In this document: positions 14,703 to 25,800 of the stretch, piece after piece
Position numbering within the stretch: position 1 is the first letter of the stretch
Layout of the letters: each line of letters begins with the position of its first letter
Source of the DNA: Flectonema sp. DT1601
Taxonomy: Eukaryota
Assembly (NCBI GenBank): GCA_964019425.1
Contig: OZ025784.1
Span: forward strand, 186,001 to 250,000
Length of the DNA: 64,000 nt
Reading direction: 5' to 3'
Program-made: the position numbers and the translations under genes
The notes under the pieces: model-generated
What the model saw: the letters and a program-made list of their open reading frames with translations, nothing else
Told to the model about the DNA's origin: nothing
Databases searched by the model: none

Positions 14703-15584
14703 TTATTTACCAAAATATAAGAACTCATCATTCCTTATCTGCCGACAAATATCATACAATGAAAGTAATAATGCCGCAGGTACAATCCTTCCTATTGATA
14801 ATCCTCGAAGGAGAACATGAATTCCTTCTTCTCTGGAGACGGTAATTAAACATCCCAACCAGTTTATATATTTCTTATTAATTCCGAATGCCGATTGCGT
14901 GTTTGATAATTTCATTTTAAGTCTAACGACTTCAAAAGGTCTATGAATAAAAACAGCAGCTGTAGATGTAATTAACGACAATGAAGCATTCCATGATAGT
15001 TTCCATAACGGACTAGCTCCACGACGACGACGTGTTCTTATAGCTGGATATTGATATCTAAATGAATCGTATAACCCGATATAGGTACCGAAAAACACCA
15101 TACTCGGTAGGGTTGAGTGTCTGAAGCCTTTGTACATGTTCCTAACTCCACCAGAAACAGAAAACCCAACTTGAGTAAGAGGATAAGTCACAGCGTGTGC
15201 TATTGCTCCAGCCATCATCGCGTTTTGAATATTGTGTGTAATGGCTTTTGTGTATTCTGATTTCCTATATGGCTCAACTCTAATTTCTTTTATCAAATCC
15301 TTGATGGCAAAGACACCACCATCCCTCAAAAGCGAGCTACTCGCTGCTATTTTATTCAGTCTAGGTAAAAATACTTTTATTCCTTCACGTTGGTACATGC
15401 TTTTAGCACTGTCGATAACTCCGTAGAGTCTTTTTTCTTCACCTGATACGATTCTCGGATTCGCATCTTGAAACGCGAAATTGTTAAATGTCCGGTGGAA
15501 TGGCTCGCTGCAAATATTTAGTGCGCAGCTTATCCCTCCAGCAAGAACGAAGTCACTTGCTGTTGTTGTAATCAAATCTATCAT
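14703..15584 (-). CDS. Divergent, intronless AAC-derived mitochondrial carrier family protein
   Basis: QDANPRIVSGE, FAIKDLIK, TYIGLYD and RIVPAALLLSLYD align with the neighbouring AAC; RRR motif absent (EVVRLKM). Confidence 0.8.
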   Translation of the reverse strand: MIDLITTTASDFVLAGGISCALNICSEPFHRTFNNFAFQDANPRIVSGEEKRLYGVIDSAKSMYQREGIKVFLPRLNKIAASSSLLRDGGVFAIKDLIKEIRVEPYRKSEYTKAITHNIQNAMMAGAIAHAVTYPLTQVGFSVSGGVRNMYKGFRHSTLPSMVFFGTYIGLYDSFRYQYPAIRTRRRRGASPLWKLSWNASLSLITSTAAVFIHRPFEVVRLKMKLSNTQSAFGINKKYINWLGCLITVSREEGIHVLLRGLSIGRIVPAALLLSLYDICRQIRNDEFLYFGK

Positions 15585-15768
15585 TTTAGGGAGGAGGGGG
15601 ATGAGCCTTTGATTTATGAAAAAAAAAAAATATTATTATTATTATTATTGTCATTGTATAGGTTGGTAAGTTACATACAAACTTAGAAGAAATACTAGTG
15701 AAGCTGAAGCTGCAAAACTCCGTACAATAATTTTTTTTTTTTTTTTTTAAAAGTTCAAAAAGTGAAAC

Positions 15769-16818
15769 TTAGTCACCCGCATCACCATCAGTATCATCCA
15801 CGGCAGGGTTAGGTGATAAAAGTGTCGGAAGATCGAAGTCCTTACCCTTACAAGGGCCTGGCTCTTTCTTGGGAGGCGTTGCTGGAGGTGGTGGAAGCAA
15901 AGTACTAGTCGGAGTAGTTCTAAGTGTACCCACAGGATTGAGATGGAATTCACTATTCTTTTGAAAGGCTATCGGAAGCGCTGGTATCAACGATCCGCTT
16001 TTAACGAACCCTTGCAACCCGTCAAAGTCAACCAATGAGAACTTACCCGTCGGCATTGATCGAAGCACAACTGGTTTCCCTGCAGGTACTACTACAGCAC
16101 TTGCTGATCCTCTGATTCCAAGGTAACGTGATTTTTCATTAGCATCAATTCGAAGTCGACATCCACCTGGATATTTCTGTGGACATATTAAACAGGTTGC
16201 GCGTAACTTCTCTGTTTGATTTTTTAACATCGTGACTTCACTTTCCAATTGAATAACATTATCTCTGAGTGAATCTGTTACCTGATCTTCTTTCTGTTTT
16301 AGTTGAAGAATACTTTGAACTGATTTGTGTTTACGTTCACTATCTTCAAGCATCAATTCCACATCATGAATCTCTTTATGTAGACGAGTTATTTCAAGTT
16401 GTAATTTCGTTTCTTTCGCACTAGGAGTAGCGATGGTTGGTAGGGTATAAGAAACTTCGTTTTTTCTCTTGCTTTGAGACAGTTGTCGTAATGCTGTTCC
16501 CAAGAACAAACTGAGTCGGTATGCCAATGTGTGTCTGACTGTCAAGTCACGGTCTCCGAGTTGAATTGTGCAGCCAAGCTTTTCCTTACACTGCTTGACA
16601 TGCTTTGGTTCCGGAACATAGTCACCAACTGCTTCAGCTATAAACGCAAAAACTAGTTGGATTGCTGACTGAAGATCAGCTGTATCTGCAACTTGAATTC
16701 TCATAGCAGAGAATTTCACTGCTCCATCACACGAAACAACCTCTCCATAGGGACTCGCTTGTACTAATAGTTCGAGGGATTGTTTGGTTTTTGGTCTTTT
16801 CTTTTTTTGTTGTGGCAT
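15769..16818 (-). CDS. Hypothetical coiled-coil protein with possible SH3b-like domain and Pro-rich tail
   Basis: 349-aa ORF; heptad-like middle region; CRLRIDAN...VPAGKPVVL...FSLVDFDGLQGFVKS resembles the SH3b pattern. Confidence 0.65.
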   Translation of the reverse strand: MPQQKKKRPKTKQSLELLVQASPYGEVVSCDGAVKFSAMRIQVADTADLQSAIQLVFAFIAEAVGDYVPEPKHVKQCKEKLGCTIQLGDRDLTVRHTLAYRLSLFLGTALRQLSQSKRKNEVSYTLPTIATPSAKETKLQLEITRLHKEIHDVELMLEDSERKHKSVQSILQLKQKEDQVTDSLRDNVIQLESEVTMLKNQTEKLRATCLICPQKYPGGCRLRIDANEKSRYLGIRGSASAVVVPAGKPVVLRSMPTGKFSLVDFDGLQGFVKSGSLIPALPIAFQKNSEFHLNPVGTLRTTPTSTLLPPPPATPPKKEPGPCKGKDFDLPTLLSPNPAVDDTDGDAGD

Positions 16819-17299
16819 TTATTAAGAGATACCTTGAAAAAAAAAAACAATACAAGTATACTAGAAATATTTCATATAGCTGACGGTAACGGTCTGATGC
16901 AAGAGAAGACGTCTCTGTCGTTTTTTTTTTTTTCTTGGAACCTGTTTTTTTGAGGAATTAAATATGAAATTCAACAAATGCTCAAAATTCTTTTAAAAAA
17001 AAAGAGGGAAAAAAAATAAAGAACTGGAAATATTCTTTTTTTTTTTTTCTTTTTGAGACATTGTTCTCTCTTTTTTCTTTCCACAGAATAATTGCACATC
17101 GCAAACAAACCAAACCAAAGATTAGATTTTTTTTTTTTTTTTTGATGGTCATTGTTTTATATTCAGTGTAACACAGTCTTCTTTTTTTTACAAAACGTGT
17201 AGTATCGATCTTATTTCTTTCTTTTTTTTTTTTTTTTCCCCAGAAAAATCTCAAATTACATAAGTTCCCAGTGTACAATATAGGTTGTGTAATAACCTC

Positions 17300-19207
17300 T
17301 CATGCTGTTGCCCCACCAGCAGAACCCCTGGCCGTGTCAAGTATCTTTCTTATAGAAGACGCGTTCGCTCGTTGTGACATTCCGAGTTTACCAGCTTTGA
17401 TAGCTACGACGTTATAATCAACGCTGATGAACGAAGTCATCAGATATTCGTATGCTTTAGTAGAAGTTGGAGATAGAAGAATAACAACAAAACTACCAAC
17501 TAATTTAAGCTCCAATTCCATCACAGTTGACTTCAACAGAGTAAGAACGTCATCAGTAGTGTTGCGTAGCTGATGAAGAGCTTGAAAGTATGATGTGAGA
17601 GCGAGATTGTATTCTTTTTTTTTTAATGAATTATTTCCTTCGATTCTCAGGTCATCGGGAGTGTGTTTCTCACCATTCAGAGGAGTTCCAGTCATTGCGT
17701 AAAGCTCTTCTAAGTTGTTTATGTATTGTCCAACAATCTTACACACGCTCAACAATGAAGATTCAGATGCCTCACAATAACCAGAGCTGTTAGTGATTGT
17801 AGTTCGTAGTTTAGCAGCGGCAATTCCACCTCCAAATTTTTCAGACTGAACAACACAAAACATCGCCTCAGAAAAGTGATCAAGATGATACAGACAAGTA
17901 GCAGTCCTATACCAAGCCTTTCCTCTTGTGGAGTCTATGAATGTTGCTGCCAGTGAAAATAGAACTCCACAGCTGTAATTCTTTTGATGAATACACACAA
18001 GAGAACTATTCAGTAGAAGAGCCGAAATAATTTCCCCATTCGGAATTCGAATACCCAAATCATCATCACCTGTCAGGAGGGTCGTCTGTTTAACCTCCTC
18101 AAGAGTTCCTTTTCCAGAAATTATTTTGTTGAAGACATCAGGATCGAAATCTGGTACAACCACACGTTCTGAACATATCTCATTAGTAGTTAAGTTCTTC
18201 GCAGCTGTACTATACGATTTGATTGGGTTTACGTCTTCTTTGATAGAAGGAATTGAATAGCTTCGTTGAATAAATTCAACTGCTGAGTCAAAAAATAATT
18301 TTGGTCGGAGAGATGTATGTGCCGGTGGACCACCCTCTTCATTCTCAATATGAATTGTAAATAAACTTTTACGTCCAATAAAATTTTCCATTACAGCAAT
18401 AGTTTGATCCATAGGAACGATGACATCACTACTGGCATGCGCGAATAGTATCGACGTTGAAGGAGATAGTTTCGCAGCACAATTCTTTATGTTGACTGAA
18501 TCTAAATCAAACGCTGCTCTACTTTGAATTGATTTCTTAACAGCAGTGATTCCCATATTAATAACAGGTTGTGGCAACCAAGTAGCCGACTGACTAACAG
18601 CCGATACAAGCAAGTCACGTATACTTGAATACGTGCTGTCTGAAATAATTGTTTTGATTTGAGAATCACGAGAGGCATATGAAATAGCAGTGGCTGCACC
18701 CATGGAACGTCCCCAAAGTATTATATTTTGTAATGAATATTTTTGTTGGAGATACTCAGTAGCAATGCACACGTCGTGTACTTCTATAGATCCTAAAGTT
18801 ACGTAGGAACCTTCAGAATTCCCACATCCGGAAAAATCAAATGCAAAAACAGATAAACCGACCTCAACCAACGAAGGCAACAACTCCAACACTTCTACCT
18901 TAGAACCGTATGATGAATGGAGATACAAGATAGTTGGTCTATCTCGATTGTTATCAGATTCTGGTTTCCAATAACTACATTCTAAGTTCAGTCCTTTCGC
19001 ATTCTCTAATTTAGTATCTTCTCTAACATAAACATCTCCCCTCATTGACTGAAACCTAACCGGCCCTAAGTCATCGACAGTGTACCGACACCTCTCTGGA
19101 CGGATTAAAAATGTTACTAATTTCTCCCAGCCTTCCTTCAGACTATTGAAAACTGCGTATCCACTTGCCGACACTGCGAGGATCGGAACTTGCCATGCGA
19201 ATGACAT
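17300..19207 (-). CDS. Alpha/beta hydrolase (YqkD-like) with C-terminal TPR-like repeats
   Basis: FAFDFSGCGNSEG, nucleophile elbow WGRSMG; TPR-like KAWYRTATCL and LRIEGNNSLKKKEY; ATG at 19207 follows a polypyrimidine-CAG. Confidence 0.85.
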   Translation of the reverse strand: MSFAWQVPILAVSASGYAVFNSLKEGWEKLVTFLIRPERCRYTVDDLGPVRFQSMRGDVYVREDTKLENAKGLNLECSYWKPESDNNRDRPTILYLHSSYGSKVEVLELLPSLVEVGLSVFAFDFSGCGNSEGSYVTLGSIEVHDVCIATEYLQQKYSLQNIILWGRSMGAATAISYASRDSQIKTIISDSTYSSIRDLLVSAVSQSATWLPQPVINMGITAVKKSIQSRAAFDLDSVNIKNCAAKLSPSTSILFAHASSDVIVPMDQTIAVMENFIGRKSLFTIHIENEEGGPPAHTSLRPKLFFDSAVEFIQRSYSIPSIKEDVNPIKSYSTAAKNLTTNEICSERVVVPDFDPDVFNKIISGKGTLEEVKQTTLLTGDDDLGIRIPNGEIISALLLNSSLVCIHQKNYSCGVLFSLAATFIDSTRGKAWYRTATCLYHLDHFSEAMFCVVQSEKFGGGIAAAKLRTTITNSSGYCEASESSLLSVCKIVGQYINNLEELYAMTGTPLNGEKHTPDDLRIEGNNSLKKKEYNLALTSYFQALHQLRNTTDDVLTLLKSTVMELELKLVGSFVVILLSPTSTKAYEYLMTSFISVDYNVVAIKAGKLGMSQRANASSIRKILDTARGSAGGATA

Positions 19208-19889
19208 AACGTTGTCTGATGAGAGAGGAAGGTGAGGTAAGCTCAAAATAGAGAAATATATTTTCAAAATTAATAAAAACAACCATCGTAATAACCCGCA
19301 CACCACATCCAAATATGCAGGGGGGAGAGGAGGTGGGCAATAGTTTTTTTTTTTTTTTTTTTGAGTTGTATTTTAATTAAGAAAAACCTACACTTCCAAA
19401 AGGTTATAACAAGATACGTGCGATTTTTTTTTTTTTTTTTTCTCCCCTCAAAGCCAAGACGACTACATACCTTAACAGTTTTAGAAAAAAAAAAGAAAGA
19501 AAGAAAAAAAAGACAGAACGAGACGAGATAAGGGATGGAGAAGCTGGCAACCAGATAGGTAGGCAACCAACGTTAAAGTGGCAAAGGTCAAAAAAAAAAA
19601 AATAAACATATTAGTAGCAACATAAATTCGTGGCAAGATAACACTAATTTATTCAGAAAACTCGTTTAGCCTACCGTTAAATAGGGTTGCCCTCCCGCCC
19701 CCTCTTTTTTTTTTTTTTTTTTTTTTTTTCCTCCTCGACCAAAGAATTTGTTTGTAAAAAAAAAAAAAAAAAACCAATCCCGTTACCGTCAACGAAAAGT
19801 AGCTTCCACGACTGTGAACGGAATCACCAAATGGACACCAAAGGCTTTCAGCCGAATAGAACAACACGTCATCCATAAAAGAAACAGTC

Positions 19890-22316
19890 CTAACGTTTAC
19901 TTCTCCTCGATACGTCTACTGTTCTATCAGATAAAGTTTTAACACCTGGGGAGACACCAGTCACCGTTCCTGTTCGAGGTGCTGGAAGACGAGCTCCACG
20001 TCCTTTGGGGATATCAGTAGTTTTTGAGACTGCTGGTGGAGGTGGTGCTTTCGAAAGTTTTTGCATAAAGGTTTTAAAGAGCAAGTGATCAGATTGACAA
20101 GTAAATTGCAGTTCCGAGTGGGCCTTATTAGCGAGTTCTATTTCTACAACGTGGTCAGATTTCTTAGTTTTCATTTCCTCGCGAGATTTTCCGTACTCGA
20201 CAGCGACTGCTGCAGCTTCACCTTCAAACTTGTAATCACTAGTCATTTGATTGAGTTCCTCACCACATCTCTTTTCTATTTCTCGATAACAGAGAGGTTC
20301 GTTGTACCAAATGCAACATCCGCCTTCTTCAACTAAGCGAGTGTCAGTGCACGGTGAACCGTGTCTCATTCCTCTGTTGCAATTACTGTGATACCAAACC
20401 TTTTCTCTGTGTTTTGATGTGACAATGCTGATGGCGAGTCCCATTCGGTCAGCTCTACCAGTTCTTCCTATTCTATGAATGTAGTCTTCAGCTTTATCTG
20501 GTAGAGTCATATTTATAACATACGGTAGTTGTTTGATATCTAGACCACGAGCCGCTACGTCTGTACAAATTAAAAACCTCACCTCACCTTCCTTAAACAT
20601 TTCTAAGTTATTTCTTCTCGTTCTGATATCAAATCCAGAATGGAGAGCAACATTTGAATAAGGATTTTCTTTACCTTTTTCAATTCGTTCTTTCGTTCCA
20701 GATTCTGAGGCGTTTACTCGGAGTTGTCCGCCTTTTTTGTTGAGAAAATCGCTTAAGTGGTTGCAGTCATCACGAGTTCTGCAAAAAACGAGGCATTGTT
20801 CCATTCTGTGAGCGTCGATAACTTTTAAAAGGATTTCAGGTTTCAGTAATTTAATACGTTCAGAAGTCTTGCAGGACATTCTGTTGAGAGGAGCTGGACC
20901 GTCATTGTCAGCATCTAAATTGTGAACGCCGTCAGTTTCGATGACTCCTCGTTCCCAACGATCGTCATCATCTGGATCAGCGAAGACAATTCCATGATGA
21001 ACTGTTTCTGGAACAAAGTCTTTACCCTTCAAGTCAACCCAAGTAGCTGAAGGACACAATTGTTTTTGTAATGTTTGAATAGCCGGGTCGTGAAGAGTCG
21101 CACTGAACATACAAACTTGAAGTGTATCACGACAACTTTCTTTTATTTGTTTGTACATATCTCTTAGAGTCCCCACAGTGTCCGGATCAACTAGTCTGTC
21201 AGCCTCATCAAGTACCATGAATTGACATTGTTTTAGAGAAAAAACGTTATTTTCTTCTAATTGTAAGAACTGTTTTACTCTTTGAGGTGTACACACAACA
21301 ATGTCAACACCCTGCTCGAGTTGAGATTGAAGCTGACGAGAGTCTGTACGTCCAAACATCGAACAGACCTCTAGCGAAGGATCGCTTATGTATTTCGTAA
21401 ATTTTTTCAACTCATCAACAATCTGTTGGCAGAGTTCTAAAGTAGGCTCCATAATAATACATTTCGGATGGTGTCCTTGTTTGTCTTTTTCTTGAACTCT
21501 CCTTCTTATGAAGTTACTAAATATTTTTTCTTGTTCAACTCCTTTTGCCGCTTCAATCCATTGGTAGCCAGGTGGGAGTTTGTATGAGTTTTTTGAGTCG
21601 TTTTTGGAAGTAAAATTGACTTTCGCAGAACAGAATGACGAAGACACGCATGGAAACAGAGGAAGATCATCGCAACGCTCAGGTATTTGGAATGCCTCTC
21701 CAAGGTCAGTTCCGTTTTTTAGAAAACTGATGGTACCAGCATCCCTGTCAAGAAGACAAACAATTTTGTCACCAACGGCAAAACTTGTCGCGTAGTCTAA
21801 GGATTTATTGTTGTGGATTTTCTGACCAGAAGAAGTGTATCCGAATCCAAATTTGTCATAACCTAAGTTTAATGAGCCTTTGTCAGTAACCCATCCGAAC
21901 TTAACCTCCTTACCTGCCAGTAGTTTTCCGCTGAAGGCCCATTTTCCTTTCGTAACTCCGAAGGTAGCTCGACACCCACCGATGGTTTTCATGTTTTTTA
22001 TTGAACACATCTTTCCTCCTTCGGAAACCCGCATCTCGTCCTTGTAGTCATCTTTATTCAACAAACAATGTTGTACTGTCGTTTTTACTTTTTCCGCGCT
22101 CACGTTTCTATTTAAATTTTCCCATACTGCTTGAATAATTGGAAGGCAGAATGCTCCAGTTTTTCCAGCTCCAGTTTCAGCAGCACACATGACATCACCT
22201 CCACCTAATATAAGAGGAATAGCATCCTGTTGAACAGGTTTTGGTAGAAACCATTCCATCTCTTCTAATGACTTGCACAGCTCATCCATCATTCCGAGTT
22301 CCTCAAATGCAGCCAT
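19890..22316 (-). CDS. DDX1: DEAD-box RNA helicase DDX1 (SPRY insertion)
   Basis: MAAFEELG, AETGAGKT, SPRY domain between motifs I and Ia, DEAD, SAT, HRIGRTGRA, EKVWYH. Confidence 0.95.
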   Translation of the reverse strand: MAAFEELGMMDELCKSLEEMEWFLPKPVQQDAIPLILGGGDVMCAAETGAGKTGAFCLPIIQAVWENLNRNVSAEKVKTTVQHCLLNKDDYKDEMRVSEGGKMCSIKNMKTIGGCRATFGVTKGKWAFSGKLLAGKEVKFGWVTDKGSLNLGYDKFGFGYTSSGQKIHNNKSLDYATSFAVGDKIVCLLDRDAGTISFLKNGTDLGEAFQIPERCDDLPLFPCVSSSFCSAKVNFTSKNDSKNSYKLPPGYQWIEAAKGVEQEKIFSNFIRRRVQEKDKQGHHPKCIIMEPTLELCQQIVDELKKFTKYISDPSLEVCSMFGRTDSRQLQSQLEQGVDIVVCTPQRVKQFLQLEENNVFSLKQCQFMVLDEADRLVDPDTVGTLRDMYKQIKESCRDTLQVCMFSATLHDPAIQTLQKQLCPSATWVDLKGKDFVPETVHHGIVFADPDDDDRWERGVIETDGVHNLDADNDGPAPLNRMSCKTSERIKLLKPEILLKVIDAHRMEQCLVFCRTRDDCNHLSDFLNKKGGQLRVNASESGTKERIEKGKENPYSNVALHSGFDIRTRRNNLEMFKEGEVRFLICTDVAARGLDIKQLPYVINMTLPDKAEDYIHRIGRTGRADRMGLAISIVTSKHREKVWYHSNCNRGMRHGSPCTDTRLVEEGGCCIWYNEPLCYREIEKRCGEELNQMTSDYKFEGEAAAVAVEYGKSREEMKTKKSDHVVEIELANKAHSELQFTCQSDHLLFKTFMQKLSKAPPPPAVSKTTDIPKGRGARLPAPRTGTVTGVSPGVKTLSDRTVDVSRRSKR

Positions 22317-22708
22317 CGTGGTGGTGTTTTTTGTGTGTTTTTTATATAAAAAAAAACTTCCGACTACGTGTTACTGCAGAATGAAAAAAAAAGGTTAAAA
22401 ATAAGCATCGGATCTCAAACTTGACTAGGTATTCATCATATCAAATGTTAACTAAATTTAAAAGGGGGGGCTGAATGATAGTAATTGAGACTCCGCAACG
22501 TACACAAATCACAACTACTAACAAAAACGATAAAAGGCAAGTCAACTGTAAGGAGATTTAAAAGGGGACAAAAAAAAAATTGTAAAATCTAAATAATATA
22601 AAGAATGCTGCTAATGTTCTAAAAGGGGTAAATCTATTTTTTTTTTTTTTTTTTTTTAAATTTTTACTGAGTAACAGAATAAGGTTTAATTATGAACTGG
22701 ATGCAGTA

Positions 22709-22877
22709 CACGTGACATCGCGTGAAGTAATAATCTCCTCAGCGTGTCATCAACTGGTCTCACTGCTATCGCGAATCCCTGCATTGTATACGACCCTCCA
22801 TGTAAAACCTTACATGAGAAATCTCCGGGACCAGCATCCATGTGCAAAGAGCGGAAGTGACACCGTCACCTCCACCT
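22709..22877. repeat. Degenerate direct copy of NPHP4-like CDS segment 23288-23469
   Basis: Long runs of identity with a ~14-bp deletion and several substitutions. Confidence 0.9.
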
Positions 22878-22898
22878 CTGTGAGGTGGAAACATGTGA

Positions 22899-25800
22899 CT
22901 AGTGAACGTCGACTAGTTTCACAGGATTATGGTCTTCACTTTTAACGTGGAAATCAATTCTACAGAATTTTACCGTCAAATCCTTTTCATTATTAATCCA
23001 TAAAGTGAAATTATATACTTGAGGATCAGAAGGTCTCAACGTGATTGTGAATACTGAAGACTGACTAGAATTCAGAGTAACAGAAGAAGGCTTAACAACT
23101 ATGTCATTGTGAGGTGAAAACACTGCGTGGAACGTCGCAGGAGCAGACTCGATCGATGGATTGGTAAAATCAACAGTAAAACTTCTAGTCTTACCATCAA
23201 AGGGAATCGGTATTGTCTGAGGTGCTGATGATAGTTCAGAATTAGTTATCCCTTGCAGCGTCACTATATACGATTCTTTTATAACGTCACGTGACATCGC
23301 GTGAAGTAATAATCTCCTCGGTGTATCATCAACTGGTCTCACTGCTATCGCGAATCCCTGCATTGTATACGACCCTCCATGTAAAACCTTACATGAGAAA
23401 TCTCCAGGACCAGCATTCTCACCGATAAATCCATGTGCAAGAGCACAGGTAACACCGTCACCCCCACCTGATGGGAGTGGAATCATTATTTCTGAAGTCT
23501 CACCCATGTTTCTCTTTGCTGAAAGCTCAAAGCAGGTTGTTAGGTTGACGCAAATTGTCTCACTTGGTATAAAACAGTCAGGACTGTCATATATAAAAAT
23601 AAGAAATGATTTTATATTTGTTGGTGACATGTCGCTGTCTGCGAACTGATCTTCCAATTGAAGGATTTCAGAAGGTATCAGGTTTCCTAAAGTTGTATTT
23701 TGGTAGTCTACGAATGATGATAAACGACATCCGTGAGTCGCACTGCTCCTGACTATCCGAAGCCTCTTTCTGGTAGTATTTAATTTCGAATCTTTTTTTA
23801 TATAATTTTGTGACTTTCCATGACCTGCATTCAGCGCGTTTCCAAGTCTAATCCAACGTCTGAGAGTTTCACCACGACAACCATAAAGCTTAACAGTTCG
23901 AGTTACAGCAGTTGAACTATCTCTTGAGGATACTTTAATTTGATATATTTGACGAGGTGTGTTGTCCTCATCTCTTATGTATATTACAATAATTCGATTC
24001 TTGATGTTCTCTCTACCACAAAGACCGTCTTTGAACGAAAGAAATTGAAGCGGAACTCTGCACTTCCCCTGTGCTGGCAACGGAACCTCAGATCGTGAGA
24101 AAATACGACCGCTGACATCAGTGACTGTGTCTGAAGGTGGTGGTGGAAATCCGCTTTGCTGAGCTAGAAGCTTCCACTGATCAAGACTGTTGATAAGAGT
24201 TAGTTCCTGATCTGAGTCAGGGTCGAGAGTATCGTCTCGTAGATCTATTCTAAAGCTGTAGCCAATGCCAAATCTGTTCTCTACTTCTACCTCAACCAAT
24301 ACTGCTTCACCAGCAACAGCTTCACAGTTGATGTTTGTTGTGAGTTGGGAGTGTAATTGTGCTTTTAGAAGTTCTTCTTTTCGTTTTCCTTTGGTTCGAA
24401 GTCTGCTAATTACGTTTAATTTTTCTTCAAAAACAGCTGCGTCTTTTCCAACAGGTTGTTGTTTTTGTTGATTTAAAACAACAGGTTTAGCCATCGACTG
24501 TAACAGTTGGTCTTTAGCGAAGTCAGCTCTAGCTCTTCGAAGTGCATGTTGTTGAGTTTCGCTTATCATTTTTTGATCTTCAGGAGGGAGTTCTCCTTCA
24601 CAACAAACAATTCTAAAAGGAAATGCCGTCATGTCTACCTCAGCTGTGCTAATTATACATCCGTGAGCCCTTCCTTTTATAAATCCATCTTTAAGCTGTG
24701 CGACACCCCAGGGACCACAGACTTCATCCATCGATCTCGCCACGGTATGTAAATGTTTGTTAGTAAGAGAAGCAGAAGCAAGAGGCCATTTCTGTGATAG
24801 CTCACCAGAAGTACTTTCACATTTAAAGTGAATTAGTGAATGACTTGACGGGATTGGAATCTTTTCTTGTTGTTTTTGTTTCACAGTTTCCTCACGAAGT
24901 CGATCAATATTATCACTTTCAGCAGCAGCGTGTAGGTTAAGATCCTCAGCCAATCCTTCAGTGAAAATTTTCTTCGCTATAACTTTTTTTCGTTTTTTGG
25001 TTTCAGGTTGTTTTTGACGATGAGGAGATCCTTCGACGGAAGGAACTGCTCTACTGATTATTGAAAAAGCAAGAGTTCCCTTAACCGAAGGATACGTTCC
25101 CATCATGGGGGACTTTATATCTGGGTGTTCCCGATCTATAAACGTACCCATGGCATCAAGAACTGGAATCTCACTGGAATATTCTTCAAAAAAGACATTT
25201 GGATGCCTATATAACCTGTATAAGTCAATGTCGAAACACCCCCATATAAAACCATTATCGCTATTGAAGATGTCAACGTGAAGTAAACCCGACTCCATAT
25301 GTGATTGAATAACTGGGGTGCTTCTTATAACACAATTAACATTACTTCCATGTCCTCCTGTTTCTCCGAGTATCAAATGACATGGAGAGTCGTTTGATGA
25401 TTTAAAATGTGAGTTTTTATTGATGGTTGAAATACCAGTTTGAAGCTGTCCAATTGAACGAACTCCGATTGTAAAATGAATTCGAGAAGGGATGTCATCA
25501 GAAGGGTTTAATAATGCTTTGAAATCAAATAGGAACTCAGAGTCAGGCATATAAAAAGGATCTCTTGGAATAGTTTCTTTCATTTGTTGTAAGCAATTCA
25601 ACGATGCAAACGGAAACGATGAAAGTCTAATTCGGTCACTTTCAGTAAGTTGAAATGCTGGTAATAAGAATAAACTCTCGGGTTCAATCGACACGATCTG
25701 AACTTCATGACGAACAGACGGGATGGGAACCGTCACTTGAGGAATGACCAACCCACACCTACCTCCACATGTTCCATTACAATACGATTGATGTACGAAT

